From Nanobdellati archaeon (lineage in GTDB: Archaea > Nanobdellota > Nanobdellia > Woesearchaeales > JAADFO01), in NCBI GenBank assembly GCA_013152815.1, contig JAADFO010000016.1, forward strand, positions 1-42,504: a stretch of DNA of 42,504 nucleotides, read 5' to 3'. Within the stretch, counting starts at the first letter, position 1, and each line of letters starts with the position of its first letter. Below are positions 1 to 10,880 of this stretch, in pieces. A program made the position numbers and the translations under genes. Under the pieces are notes generated by a model. It had not been told where the DNA came from and ran no database searches. It worked only from the letters and a program-made list of their open reading frames with translations.

Positions 1-2
1 AC

Positions 3-3000
3 ATCTACACCTACAACGCCACCATCACCGACCTCGCCCACAACACCAACAGCACCGAAACACGCACCATCACCCTCGACAACGTAGCCCCGAAGATCAG
101 CTTCTCTGGCGGGACCGAAGCCAATGACAGCTACCGCTCCCGTGACTGGATATACATCAATGTGAGCATCGATGATGTGGCATTGGCCAATGCCAGCTTC
201 CTGCTGTACAACAGCAGTGGCGGCCTCATCAACCTGACCGTCCTGACAGGCGCACCTTTCGAAGCGAACATCACCGGTCTTGACCCTGATATGCAGTACC
301 GATACAACGTGACCGCAGAAGACCTGGCAGGCAACGTGAACAGCACCGAAACACGCACCATCACCCTCGACAACACTGCTCCGGGAATACAGTATGAACA
401 ACCGACGCCTGCCGACGGCACCAACCAGTCAGCCACCATATTCTCCATCAATGTCAGCACAGCAGAAACATACCCCGATACCTTGCTGTTCTACCTCAAC
501 GGCAGTCTCAACAGCAGCCGGCAAGGATACGGCAGCCTGGAGAACCTGACGTTCCCTGGTCTCTCGGACGGGACCTACACCTATTACGCCTGGTTGAACG
601 ACAGTGCAGGAAACAGCAACCAGACAGCAAGCCAGACGATACGCATCGATACCACCCCGCCGTCCATCAGTCTCATCGGCCCCTCGAACGACTCCTGGAA
701 AGGCAATGCCAGCACCACCGTGGAGTTCATCTACCAGACCGATGACCGGCTGCTGAGCATCGCAAACTGCTCGCTCTACCTGGATGGCAGCCTCAACCAG
801 ACCAACCAGAGCGTCGAGCAGAACATCGACCAATCCTTCATCCAGGAACTGGGCGAAGGGAACTACAGCTGGAAAGTGGGCTGCAGCGATCAGGTAGGAA
901 ACAGCAACAGCTCCATTGAACAGGTGGTGCGTATCGACACCACCTTCCCCAATATCACGCAACATGCAAGGAACGACACCAACATCAGCATCACCCAGTA
1001 CCTCTGCCTCAATGCGACGGTCACCGACAGCCCCTCAGGGATCTCCCGGGTCTGGGCACGACTGAACCCGCCCAATCACATCGCAGAGGATGTCCGGCTC
1101 TTCAACAACCACACGACGAGCTGCGACCAGAGCGACACCGACGACGTCTACTCTGTCCTCTATCGGGTGAACCAGGTAGGCACCTACAACTGGACCAGCA
1201 CCTATGCCAACGATTCAGGCAATAACGTTCAGCAGCTGATCGCGGGTCTCGAGTGGAACAGCACATCCATAGGGACCATCACGGTCAACATGACTGCGCC
1301 GGCGCTCAACTTCGAGATCAACGAGTCAGATGCCCTGCTCAACTACACCTACAACCAGACCTGCACCGCAATATGCGATGACAAGCCCCAGAACTGCTCG
1401 GAAGTGTATCTCTATGCTCAGTTCAACTTCAGCGGAGCGACCGACATCAGTGGATCGACTCCGTACCTGGTGAATGCCAACGACAGCCATTACTGCGGCA
1501 ACCTGACAGCAGGCGGAGCATCCTGCAACAGTACCTTCACCATCCGTTCGGCAACCGATGCCGGAGCGACCTCCTGGAAGGTCTGGTGCCGGGCAGAGTC
1601 CTCCATCGTGGGAAGCTACCTCTCGACAGAGCGGACCAACATCAGCATCAACGACCATCCTCTCCCCGCGTTCACCTACCCGACCAACGGCACCTGGCTC
1701 CAGGGACAGGAATCGTTGAACGCATCTCTCTCAAGCGACGACCAGGGCATCAGCACCTATCGCTTCGAGCTGGACAACACGACCATCTTTGACAGCCCGA
1801 GCATCCTCTGTTCAGGCCAGGACGAGAACTGCACCTTCGATACCCTCAGCCAAAGCCAATGCGGGCAGGAAAGCTATGCATGCATGCTCCGGCTCACGAC
1901 GACCGACACCGACGGACTGTCGAACAGCACCATCACGACCATCGGCATCGACAACCTCGCGCCGAGAACCCTTCTCGGTACGCCGACAGACAACAGCTGG
2001 AGCAAGGATGCTGCAGTATCCTTCAGCTACACGCCCACCGATGTGAACATCGACACCTGCATCATCTATCATAATGCCTCAGGAAGCTTCCAGGAGAACA
2101 GCAGCAACCATTCGGTCGTCTCAGGCAAGCAGGATACGACAAGCCTGACCTTCCAGGAGGGGACCTATCTCTGGAATGTCTGGTGCAACGACACGCTCCA
2201 GAACCAGGGCTTCAACAGCAGCAACAGGACGTTCCATGTGGACCTCACCGCACCCACCATCCGCCTGGTATCGCCGCCGAACACGACCTTCCTGCTCCCC
2301 AACGTGACCTTCATCTACAATGTGAGCGAACACCAGTCCAACATCAGCTCCTGCTCGCTCATCCTTGATGGTACCATCAACCAGACCAACAGCACCATCA
2401 CCCTCGATACGCCCATCAACTTCACGGTCAACCGCATGGTGGACGGCAACCACAGCTGGCAGGTGAACTGCACCGACTACGCCGGCAACGAGAACAGCTC
2501 TGAAGGACGCCTCATCAGGGTCGACGGGACAGGACCGGCAACCGTCCTGCTGAGCCCGGTCCAGGGGATGAACGTCTCCTCTGCGAGCCTGCTGCTCAAC
2601 GCGAGCATCGACGACAGCGGCGGCATCGGACCCAACAGGACACAGTTCTCCTATCGGGAGAACTCCAGCGCGAGCTGGAAATCCGTCTGCACGGTCGGGA
2701 TTGACCAGAACGCCCACGCCAACTGTACCTGGGACATCTCTCTGCTCGACGACAGAACCACCTATGAAGTGAGGGCACAGACCAATGACAGCCTGGGCAA
2801 TGACGGCGGCTTCGATACGGTCCAGAACATCACCTTCGACCGGGTCTCTCCTCTGGTGCAGGCATCCTCGCCTGCGAACAATACGCTCAGCAGAGACGGG
2901 GACGTGGTCTTCGTCTACAATGTGACCGACACCACCTCAGCCATCAGCAACTGCTCACTGCTCCTTGACGGGACCATCAACAGCACCGACACCTCAATCA

Positions 3001-6000
3001 GCAAAGGCGTCAACCAGAGTTTCAGCCTCACGGCCATGGGAGAATCCGACTATAACTGGAGCGTCCGATGCACTGACCAGGCAGGCAACCAGGGGAATGC
3101 ATCGACCTATAACCTGACAGTCTCCTATGATCATGAGCCTCCGGTCATCACCCTGCTTTCTCCTGCACCTGGAGAGATCTACACCAGCGAGGATGTCATC
3201 TTCCAATATCAGGCGAACGACACCATCTATGACGTCGCCTCATGCAGCCTCATCGTCGACGAACGCATCAACCAGACCGACAGCAGCATCACCGAAGGCA
3301 CCACCCAATACTTCACCATCGCCAACATGCCGGACGGCAACTATACCTGGATGGTCAACTGCACCGACACGAGTCCCCGGACAGCCAACGAGGGCAACAG
3401 TTCCACCCGGAACCTCACGGTCATGAAGACCACGACCCTGCTGGCCAACGTCACCAGCGACAAGACGGCCTATGAACAGGGAGAGGACGCCCGCTTCACG
3501 ATAAAGACCACCAACCAGTTCGGAGGAGCGGTCAACACGAGCCTTCTCCTGCATATCCTGGAAGGCAACAGCACCATGGCCTGGTGGAATACCGACTACC
3601 CCTACCGTCAACCAATAATCATCAACAACAGCGGCACTGAACAGCTGGAGGCGGGGTATACGCTGAACCATAGTTTCGACTCGTCCCGGCTCATGGACCT
3701 GGGCAGGATGCAGGCTGGCGGCCAGGACCTTCGGGTGGTCTTCTGGAACAACGACACCAACAACTTCACAGAACTCGACCGCATCTTGACCAGCCTGAAC
3801 AGCAGCAGCACCCATGTGCGGTTCAGGATACAGAAGAACATCAGCGCCGGCACCCTTGACTCGGAGTATTACCTCTATTATGGCAACAGCTCGGCGGGAA
3901 GTCCGCCGACGAACAAATCAAACGTCTTCTTCTACTTCGACGGCTTTTCACAAGACAGCCGTTCTGCTTACAACCAGACACGTTCCTTTGATTTCCAAGG
4001 AAACGGAGAGGATGCGGATACGACCCTGACCCACGATAGCACCGCAGGGCAGATCAACTACAGCGGCACGAACAGCAACGGCAAATCCCTGCGTCAGGTC
4101 ACCATGCCCATCAGGGATGCCATCATCGAAGCAGACCAATACTACCATGACATCGCCCCGGGAGCGATCTACAGCAGACTTGAGCTGGCAGCAAGGGTCG
4201 AGGGCGACAACTACTATTATTTCTGGGCATCCACCAACATCTTCGACAGCGAACTTGGAAGATACCGAGACGGGACCAAGACACAGCTCGCGACCGTCAA
4301 CACCCAGTTCACCAACTTCGATGTCTGGCATCATCTCAAGCTCATCACCTATCAGAACAGCAGCACGGTATTCCTCAAAAGCTTCGTGGACGGAAGCCCC
4401 CTCGTATCCTACAATGATTCTGATCCGGCCAGTCGCATCAGCACGGCAGGAGGATTCGGCCTCGGAGCGCTCCAGCTGGTCGGAGCCTGGGATAACCTGA
4501 CCGTCCGCAGATACATGACCCAGCCGCCCAACAGCGACAACGGCTCAGAAGAACGGCTCATCTCGACCCTGCAGAACACCACGGGACTCGACGGCATCTG
4601 GAACACCAGCTATGAGACCCTGAACCTCAGCATAGGCAACTACTCGGCCGTCAGCAGGGCATCGAGCAAAGGATACTTCGACGGCATAGACGGAACCCCG
4701 TTCCGGATCGTCCCGGACACGAGCCCGCCAGCATTCAGCAACATCCAGGTGATCCCCTCTCCTGTCTGGAACTTCAAGGATGCCAATATCAGCATCAGCA
4801 TCAGAGACCGGGCCCATGACATCTCACAAGCCCTCATCGAAGGCTCCTGGGCAGGAATCCTGACCAACGACACACCAACAAACATCTCAGGAAGCAGCTA
4901 TACCTTCTCGGTCTCGAAGGAGAACCTCACCAGCGGAGAGCTCGTCACCTACCGATTCTTCGCGAACGATACCCTGGACAACAGGAACAATTCACAGACC
5001 TTCAACTTCACCGTCGTCAGGTCACTCGCCTCGCCCGGCATCGACTACCCGGCATACAGCATCTCCCGGTTCATCAACAGGACATTCTGGCTCAATACCA
5101 CCGTCCTTGCCATCAACGGTTCCATAGCGACCTGCCAGGTCAATGCCACCTACCCTTCCCTGCTCCTGAACCTCAGCAGAGATGACCAACAGATAGGCTC
5201 TCTCTCCAACGGAAGCAGCTCCACCGGTGCCCGCTATCTGTTCAACAGCTCCACTCCCGGCAGCTATATCATCAACATCTCAACGAGCTGCCTGGAAGGT
5301 GACGGCAGGAACCTCAGCTCGGTCAGGATCATCTATGATCCTGTCTTCAGCAACCTGACAGAGGACAGCTATGCAGAACTCAGGACCATCACAGGGACAG
5401 ACTATCTTCATATGGCATCAGGGACAGGCAACGACTGGTGGCTGAACAGGAGTTCAGGCAGCATAAGCCTCGATGCCTCTTCGCCTGACAATCCATGGTA
5501 CAGGACGACATGGCAGCTCATCATCAACGACTCCCTGACCTTTGAGCTCTCGGACTTCGACTGGGACATGTTCAGGAGTGCCGTGGATGAGGGAGCGAAC
5601 CAGTCGTTGCTCCAGGCCATAGGCAGGATCGCTGACCCTGCTCTCCGCATGAACATGACCAGCCGCATCTTCGAGGAATCCAAAGTCGATAATCTCAGCC
5701 TTACCCTGCAGCACCTCGGCTCCACCCTCATCAAGGATATCAAGGTAAGATGGCTGATCGACGGATTCAACATCGGAAGCAACAACAGGACAGACAATCT
5801 CACCTTCACCAACGCCAGCGGCGGGCTTGAGAGCTACCGCATGGACGGCAACACGAGCCTCCTCCTCGGCCCTTCCCGGTTCAACACCACAGGGATAACT
5901 GCACTCTCGTTCCATGATCCTGAAATCGCGAGCTACGGGTATGTCTATTGGGAATGGAACATCAGCAAGGATGGGGTGAAGTCGGGATTCGAGAGTTTCG

Positions 6001-7733
6001 ACCTTCGGGCAGGCATGGCATCCTCTGGATTCCTCATCAACGTTACGTTTGGCTGGGGCAACCTTTCCGGAGGGAGCATCGCAGCGTTTGACCCTGGCGT
6101 CGGCATCATCGGACCTGATCTCATCCTGAAGACCAGGGTTGCCATCACCGACTATGCTGCCAGCGAGGCAGGAAACACCTACCTGGACATCACCCAGGAC
6201 ATGACCGACAACGATACAGGGACGACGAGAGTGGCTGCGGCCAAGAGCGGTGACACGGTCAAGGTCTTCAACATCCTCAACAGGACCGACATCACCCACT
6301 ATGATGAGATATCATTGCTCATCTACCCGACCGCCATCGACGCTGATCCTTACCAGCTCCTCTTCATGGCCTATAACACCGATAACGTGACCGTGCAGAG
6401 CACCCTCACCAACTACACCCTCACAAGCAGCCACCTCAACCGATGGGTAAGCATCAACATCACCGATATCGCCCATCTGCAGGACGGGTTCGGGTACCTC
6501 CGGGTCAGGATGGCTCCCAACGGTTCAGCGCTGGGCAACAACAAGAAAGTGACCATCGCCGAGATCAGGTTCAACCTCACCGACCGGACCCCTCCAAATA
6601 TAACGCTCCATGCACCTGTCCAGGGAGACAACCTCTCTTCCACGAGCACACTCTTCAACTTCACCGTCACCGACCTTGTGGATGACTTTATCACCTGCAA
6701 CGTCACGCTTGACGGGAACGTCAACCTCTCTTCTGTCGAGGTGGCCAACGGATCCTACTACAACTTCACCCGTGAGCTGAGCGAAGGCATCCATACCTGG
6801 AATGTCACCTGTATCGACGACGGCATGAATACCGCAGGCAGCGGAACCCGAAACTTCACGGTCATCGGCCAGGCCACCGGCATGACGATAACCATAGCTC
6901 AGGACAACAGCAGCCTCAACATCTCCTGGGACGCTAAAGCCTATGCCGCAGAGTACCTTCTCTACGTCTCAGATAACTATAGCATGTTCTCGACCGCACC
7001 GAACGTCACGTTGAGCACAGCAAACTATACCGACAGCTCATCGGCAGGAGTGACCCAACGGTACTATCGCATCGGCATCAGGAAAGGAAAGGCGAACATC
7101 ACCTCAACCAACACCCTGGGAAAATATCAGGTGGAGCTCCTGACCGGCTTCAACCTGGTCAGCACCCCGCTCAACCTGTCCCGCCAGCGCCTGGGAGACG
7201 AATCCCTGTACAAGAACCCGCTGGTCGTCTCTCCCAGGGGATCGGTGAGGAGCATCTACCGGTTCAACGAGAGCAACGAGGCCTTCGAGAAGGTGGACTA
7301 TCTCGACGGTTTCGGCTGGTCACAGGCGACCGGGTCAGAAGACTTCCTCTTCCTGAACAGCACCCCCGGCTACTGGTTCGAGACCAACCAGAGTGCCAAC
7401 GTAACGTTCCTCGGCATGGTTCCGACCTGGAACCACAGTGTAGCGTTGGCGGTCTCCTGGAGCGTGGTGGCATGGCATTCCATCCAATCCCCGATGCTAC
7501 CGACCTTCGGTGAGCCGCCCACCTATCCCATCGAAGTGACGCCGAGCGACTCAGTCTCCACAATATATACCTATGATGCCTGGGCAGACCACTTCAACAA
7601 GACCGACCATTACAACGGATGGGGCTGGTTCCCTGCCACAGGAGATGGCGGCTTCGTCCGGCTGGAACCGACCAAGGGCTATTATTTCAAATCAATCCAG
7701 GAATCGAACTGGACCATGGAGACCTACCGATGA
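3..7733 (+). CDS. Giant extracellular/surface protein, 5'-truncated: many Ig-like repeats, a DUF2341-like domain, a lectin/jelly-roll-like domain and a C-terminal 'GxNL...GYW' double module
   Basis: The frame is open from base 3 (IYTYNATITDLAHNTNSTETRTITLDN), so the true start lies upstream of the window. Recurrent ~95-aa units (P-x-I-x-L-x-x-P...CSL-x-LDG...Y-x-W-x-V-x-C-x-D-x-x-GN). WWNTDYPYRQPI...DLRVV...YYLYYGN at ~3582-3890 resembles DUF2341. N-x-S/T sequons are very dense. Confidence 0.9.
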   Translation: MYTYNATITDLAHNTNSTETRTITLDNVAPKISFSGGTEANDSYRSRDWIYINVSIDDVALANASFLLYNSSGGLINLTVLTGAPFEANITGLDPDMQYRYNVTAEDLAGNVNSTETRTITLDNTAPGIQYEQPTPADGTNQSATIFSINVSTAETYPDTLLFYLNGSLNSSRQGYGSLENLTFPGLSDGTYTYYAWLNDSAGNSNQTASQTIRIDTTPPSISLIGPSNDSWKGNASTTVEFIYQTDDRLLSIANCSLYLDGSLNQTNQSVEQNIDQSFIQELGEGNYSWKVGCSDQVGNSNSSIEQVVRIDTTFPNITQHARNDTNISITQYLCLNATVTDSPSGISRVWARLNPPNHIAEDVRLFNNHTTSCDQSDTDDVYSVLYRVNQVGTYNWTSTYANDSGNNVQQLIAGLEWNSTSIGTITVNMTAPALNFEINESDALLNYTYNQTCTAICDDKPQNCSEVYLYAQFNFSGATDISGSTPYLVNANDSHYCGNLTAGGASCNSTFTIRSATDAGATSWKVWCRAESSIVGSYLSTERTNISINDHPLPAFTYPTNGTWLQGQESLNASLSSDDQGISTYRFELDNTTIFDSPSILCSGQDENCTFDTLSQSQCGQESYACMLRLTTTDTDGLSNSTITTIGIDNLAPRTLLGTPTDNSWSKDAAVSFSYTPTDVNIDTCIIYHNASGSFQENSSNHSVVSGKQDTTSLTFQEGTYLWNVWCNDTLQNQGFNSSNRTFHVDLTAPTIRLVSPPNTTFLLPNVTFIYNVSEHQSNISSCSLILDGTINQTNSTITLDTPINFTVNRMVDGNHSWQVNCTDYAGNENSSEGRLIRVDGTGPATVLLSPVQGMNVSSASLLLNASIDDSGGIGPNRTQFSYRENSSASWKSVCTVGIDQNAHANCTWDISLLDDRTTYEVRAQTNDSLGNDGGFDTVQNITFDRVSPLVQASSPANNTLSRDGDVVFVYNVTDTTSAISNCSLLLDGTINSTDTSISKGVNQSFSLTAMGESDYNWSVRCTDQAGNQGNASTYNLTVSYDHEPPVITLLSPAPGEIYTSEDVIFQYQANDTIYDVASCSLIVDERINQTDSSITEGTTQYFTIANMPDGNYTWMVNCTDTSPRTANEGNSSTRNLTVMKTTTLLANVTSDKTAYEQGEDARFTIKTTNQFGGAVNTSLLLHILEGNSTMAWWNTDYPYRQPIIINNSGTEQLEAGYTLNHSFDSSRLMDLGRMQAGGQDLRVVFWNNDTNNFTELDRILTSLNSSSTHVRFRIQKNISAGTLDSEYYLYYGNSSAGSPPTNKSNVFFYFDGFSQDSRSAYNQTRSFDFQGNGEDADTTLTHDSTAGQINYSGTNSNGKSLRQVTMPIRDAIIEADQYYHDIAPGAIYSRLELAARVEGDNYYYFWASTNIFDSELGRYRDGTKTQLATVNTQFTNFDVWHHLKLITYQNSSTVFLKSFVDGSPLVSYNDSDPASRISTAGGFGLGALQLVGAWDNLTVRRYMTQPPNSDNGSEERLISTLQNTTGLDGIWNTSYETLNLSIGNYSAVSRASSKGYFDGIDGTPFRIVPDTSPPAFSNIQVIPSPVWNFKDANISISIRDRAHDISQALIEGSWAGILTNDTPTNISGSSYTFSVSKENLTSGELVTYRFFANDTLDNRNNSQTFNFTVVRSLASPGIDYPAYSISRFINRTFWLNTTVLAINGSIATCQVNATYPSLLLNLSRDDQQIGSLSNGSSSTGARYLFNSSTPGSYIINISTSCLEGDGRNLSSVRIIYDPVFSNLTEDSYAELRTITGTDYLHMASGTGNDWWLNRSSGSISLDASSPDNPWYRTTWQLIINDSLTFELSDFDWDMFRSAVDEGANQSLLQAIGRIADPALRMNMTSRIFEESKVDNLSLTLQHLGSTLIKDIKVRWLIDGFNIGSNNRTDNLTFTNASGGLESYRMDGNTSLLLGPSRFNTTGITALSFHDPEIASYGYVYWEWNISKDGVKSGFESFDLRAGMASSGFLINVTFGWGNLSGGSIAAFDPGVGIIGPDLILKTRVAITDYAASEAGNTYLDITQDMTDNDTGTTRVAAAKSGDTVKVFNILNRTDITHYDEISLLIYPTAIDADPYQLLFMAYNTDNVTVQSTLTNYTLTSSHLNRWVSINITDIAHLQDGFGYLRVRMAPNGSALGNNKKVTIAEIRFNLTDRTPPNITLHAPVQGDNLSSTSTLFNFTVTDLVDDFITCNVTLDGNVNLSSVEVANGSYYNFTRELSEGIHTWNVTCIDDGMNTAGSGTRNFTVIGQATGMTITIAQDNSSLNISWDAKAYAAEYLLYVSDNYSMFSTAPNVTLSTANYTDSSSAGVTQRYYRIGIRKGKANITSTNTLGKYQVELLTGFNLVSTPLNLSRQRLGDESLYKNPLVVSPRGSVRSIYRFNESNEAFEKVDYLDGFGWSQATGSEDFLFLNSTPGYWFETNQSANVTFLGMVPTWNHSVALAVSWSVVAWHSIQSPMLPTFGEPPTYPIEVTPSDSVSTIYTYDAWADHFNKTDHYNGWGWFPATGDGGFVRLEPTKGYYFKSIQESNWTMETYR
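48..374 (+). repeat. Identical 36-nt direct repeat inside the giant gene (48-83 and 339-374)
   Basis: AACAGCACCGAAACACGCACCATCACCCTCGACAAC occurs twice and encodes NSTETRTITLDN at Ig-repeat boundaries. Confidence 0.9.
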
Positions 7734-8887
7734 GCAGACGAAGACGGGCAGAAGTGAAGGGAGAAACGATGAAAGGAACAAGGAAAAGGATGAAGAAAAG
7801 GATGAGGGAAGGGCTGAGGGAAGGAAGGAAGGGTTTGCCAGGTTCCCTGCTGTTCGTCGTTCTCCTACTGTTCGTCATTCCCCTGCTGCTCACGGCATCC
7901 CCTGTATCGGCCATACCCGTCCCACAGGGCATCGATGGGTTTGTCCTGGGCATGGACAACATCACCCAGGCACCTGCAGGGACGGCTTTCAGCATCATCA
8001 ACCTGGAGACAGGAAAGGTGATAAACGGCTTCACCGGCATGGGCAACCTTCCTGGAAGGTATTCAGCAGCGGTCCAAGGAACGACAGGTGACAGGATCCT
8101 CATCACCGCAAGCACAGGACAACACATGGCCAACAGGACCGTCAACCTGACCGGGTCGATGCACCAGGTCAACCTGTACCTCAATCTCTCGACCTGGCCG
8201 GATGACGGAAAGAACCATGCCAGACCGAGCATAGCGGTATCGGCACGAAATACTCCTGCCACCGATGTGACAGACCAGACACAGGAGACAGGAAAACGCC
8301 GAGTCCCCCAGACCATGACAAGCCATGCGGTCCCCCAGATCATGATCATCGACGGGTCTGTAGCGAGCGGGAGCGGGATACCCGTCGATGCGGGAGAGGA
8401 AGCAGGAAACCAGGACATCATCATCACCAACCTCAGGACAGGCGAACAGGTAACTGCAGAGAACAGGAAGGCCTATCGTGGAACGACGAGGCATACAGGA
8501 TTCCGTGCAGCCATCAGAGGGAGGACAGGCGATCAGCTCACGCTCACCTATCAAGACAGGGAATCATCACCCCTGCCCTTCGGCAAGGACCAGGCCGGCA
8601 TCGTGATCCAGACGGAAACAACGGCCGACAACGACAAAGAAGGTAAAGAAAACAGCGGCAGGGCAGCAACAGACAGACAGAGGGCAACAGGGCTTCTGGT
8701 CACCGGATGGACAACAGTCCAGCAGGAACAGATTTTGGGAGATGACAACAAGCGTCCGGAAGGAAAGAGACATCCCCTCAAGAGCGCGACATTCTTCCTT
8801 GGCCTGGTCCTCCTGATAAGTGTGGTGTTCTCCTGGAGAACTCCGAAGAAGACAGAAACAGAGCAGACGAAGCAGGACCGACCATGA
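7730..8887 (+). CDS. Secreted, C-terminally membrane-anchored protein with two small beta-rich domains
   Basis: ATG at 7730 overlaps the upstream stop (ATGA). Long basic n-region, then a hydrophobic signal (LLFVVLLLFVIPLLLTASPVSA), a PVPQGIDGFV...GD-x-I module present twice, and a C-terminal TM (FFLGLVLLISVVFSW) with a charged tail. The ORF-track start at 7619 lies inside the upstream gene. Confidence 0.8.
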   Translation: MSRRRRAEVKGETMKGTRKRMKKRMREGLREGRKGLPGSLLFVVLLLFVIPLLLTASPVSAIPVPQGIDGFVLGMDNITQAPAGTAFSIINLETGKVINGFTGMGNLPGRYSAAVQGTTGDRILITASTGQHMANRTVNLTGSMHQVNLYLNLSTWPDDGKNHARPSIAVSARNTPATDVTDQTQETGKRRVPQTMTSHAVPQIMIIDGSVASGSGIPVDAGEEAGNQDIIITNLRTGEQVTAENRKAYRGTTRHTGFRAAIRGRTGDQLTLTYQDRESSPLPFGKDQAGIVIQTETTADNDKEGKENSGRAATDRQRATGLLVTGWTTVQQEQILGDDNKRPEGKRHPLKSATFFLGLVLLISVVFSWRTPKKTETEQTKQDRP

Positions 8888-10671
8888 GACAAGGCAGACT
8901 TTCGGGGACAACCCTGGCAGGCATGACAGGTATCGTCCTTATGTTGGTCGTCCTGTCTACCTTCATCGCAGCCCAACCACCGACACCCCATGGCATCGCC
9001 GGCACCATCTATCTCATAGACGGCACCACCCAGGTCCCGCTTGGTTCTCCCTTCCGGGTGAACGACTCCACGTCAGGAGATCTTGTCCATGATGTGACAA
9101 GCGTCCCTGTCCCTGGACTGAGCGGACGGTATTCGGTCAGCATCGATGGCCTTGACGGTGACTTTGTCATCGTCCAATCCTGGAACGACAGCCATTACGG
9201 TGAGACCAACCTCACCCTGATAGGAGACATGACCGGAATCGACGTCATCCTCAACAGGACCAGAGAACCAGAGGCCAACGTGACCATTGTCTACCCCGCT
9301 AACGGCGCTTCGTTCAACACCAACGAAACCTGGCAGCTCAACGTCAGCTATGGAGTGCTGGGCGGCCAGGACGGCATCGGATGCAACGCGACGTTGACCA
9401 TCGCAGATACTGGTGTCTTCGATCTTGCCACCGGAGAATCCGCGGTGAAAGAGCTCGGCGGAGTGGCTCTGGGAGAGACGGTCAACATCTCCTATAATAT
9501 CTCTGGCAAGTCTGCAGGGACATCGAATTTCACGGTCAACGGCATCTGTTCCAACAGCAGGGTCAACTTCGCAGGAGAGAGCAACGATACGGTATTCGGC
9601 ATAACAGCGACAGGACAGACAATACCGCAGGTGCAGTTGATAAGACCGGCGAACAACACGCTCAACATAACGACCCATAACATCACCTTTACCTACCAGG
9701 TAAGCCATCCTTCTCTCCTGAACAACTGCACACTTATCCTCGATGACCAGGTGAACATGACCCAACTCGCTCCGGATACCGATGTCGAACAGAACTTCTC
9801 TGTCCTCATCCCCAATGGGCAATACAACTGGACGGTGAACTGCACAGACATCCTGAACGTTTCCGGAACAGCCGACCCCTATAATCTCACGGTACGGGTC
9901 TATCCTCCTGCAGTCATTTCCCTGAGCGTGGATACGCCCATCGATCTCCAGACAGGAACCGCAACGATCGTAACCTGTAACGCATCGGTACGGGATGAGA
10001 ACGGCATCAGTGACCTTGCGTCGGTCAATGCGTCGCTGTTCAATCAGGGAGTCTCATCGCCACAGGACACAGACAACAAAAACTGGCATTATACCAACAG
10101 CTCCTGCTCAGCCTTCCAGACAGGGGTTTTCACTGCAAACTACAGCTGCACGTTCCCTGTCGAATACTATGCCCGCAACGGCAGCTGGGCGTGCAACGTG
10201 ACCCTCAGCGATTCAGGAAACAACATCAACAGCTCAGTCCAGAGCACAACGCTGAACGCGCTGATAGCACTGAGCACAGATGCAGCACTCGACTTCGGCA
10301 ACGTCCTGGCAGGGCAGGTCTCAAGCGAGATGAACATCACCATAACCAACACCGGAAACATCGGGTTCAACATCTCCACCAACGGCTATGGATTGAACCC
10401 AAAAGACAATCTCAGCCTGGCCTGCGACAGCGGACAGAACATCAGTGTCACCAGGATGAGATATGCGCCGCAGCCAGGAGTCGGCTATGGAATCAAGACC
10501 AACCTCACCGCAGACATAGCGCTTATCAATAACATCTTCTTTCCCAAGAGAACCGATGAAGCAGGATATGGAAGCGACAGGAACAACACCTTCTGGGCTG
10601 TCGGTGTGCCGACAGGAATGAAAGTGTCCTCTTGCAACGGAACAATTGTCCTTTATGCTACGATAGCCTGA
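8884..10671 (+). CDS. Secreted multidomain protein: N-terminal PPTPHGIAG module, Ig-like domains and a C-terminal 'family B' Cys-rich domain
   Basis: ATGA overlap and signal peptide. The C-terminal ~250 aa (CNASVRDENG...YTNSSC...CTFPVEYYARNGSWACNVT...LDFG...TNTGN...GYG...CNGTIVLYA) aligns by eye with 12792-13748 and 20091-21080. Confidence 0.85.
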   Translation: MRQGRLSGTTLAGMTGIVLMLVVLSTFIAAQPPTPHGIAGTIYLIDGTTQVPLGSPFRVNDSTSGDLVHDVTSVPVPGLSGRYSVSIDGLDGDFVIVQSWNDSHYGETNLTLIGDMTGIDVILNRTREPEANVTIVYPANGASFNTNETWQLNVSYGVLGGQDGIGCNATLTIADTGVFDLATGESAVKELGGVALGETVNISYNISGKSAGTSNFTVNGICSNSRVNFAGESNDTVFGITATGQTIPQVQLIRPANNTLNITTHNITFTYQVSHPSLLNNCTLILDDQVNMTQLAPDTDVEQNFSVLIPNGQYNWTVNCTDILNVSGTADPYNLTVRVYPPAVISLSVDTPIDLQTGTATIVTCNASVRDENGISDLASVNASLFNQGVSSPQDTDNKNWHYTNSSCSAFQTGVFTANYSCTFPVEYYARNGSWACNVTLSDSGNNINSSVQSTTLNALIALSTDAALDFGNVLAGQVSSEMNITITNTGNIGFNISTNGYGLNPKDNLSLACDSGQNISVTRMRYAPQPGVGYGIKTNLTADIALINNIFFPKRTDEAGYGSDRNNTFWAVGVPTGMKVSSCNGTIVLYATIA

Positions 10672-10860
10672 TCCAGCATCACTAAGACTTCTTCACAGAT
10701 TTGATGACCAATTCTCCTCTCTTTCGTCGTTCCTTGTTCATAACACACAGATTCAAGGAGAAGGAGAGCGTCTTACAGATGACTTTCTTGTTTTGAGCCT
10801 GTTTCCCGTTTTCTTTCAGGAAAAAACGAGAATTCACGGTTTTTTTTTCTTGACAGATAT

Positions 10861-10880
10861 GGAAAGATTTATATATTAAT
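10861..10880 (+). promoter_or_regulatory. Archaeal BRE/TATA promoter for the first family A cassette
   Basis: GGAAAGA-TTTATATA in an AT-rich 440-nt intergenic region, downstream of T-tracts; GAGGTG SD at 11099-11104. Confidence 0.6.

Noticed and set aside
5454..6299. 281-aa minus-strand ORF, and many similar V/G/D-rich antisense ORFs over 1-22 kb (e.g. 9073-9822, 19282-20145)
   Set aside because: By-products of strong codon bias (AAC/ACC/ATC/GAC) on the real strand.
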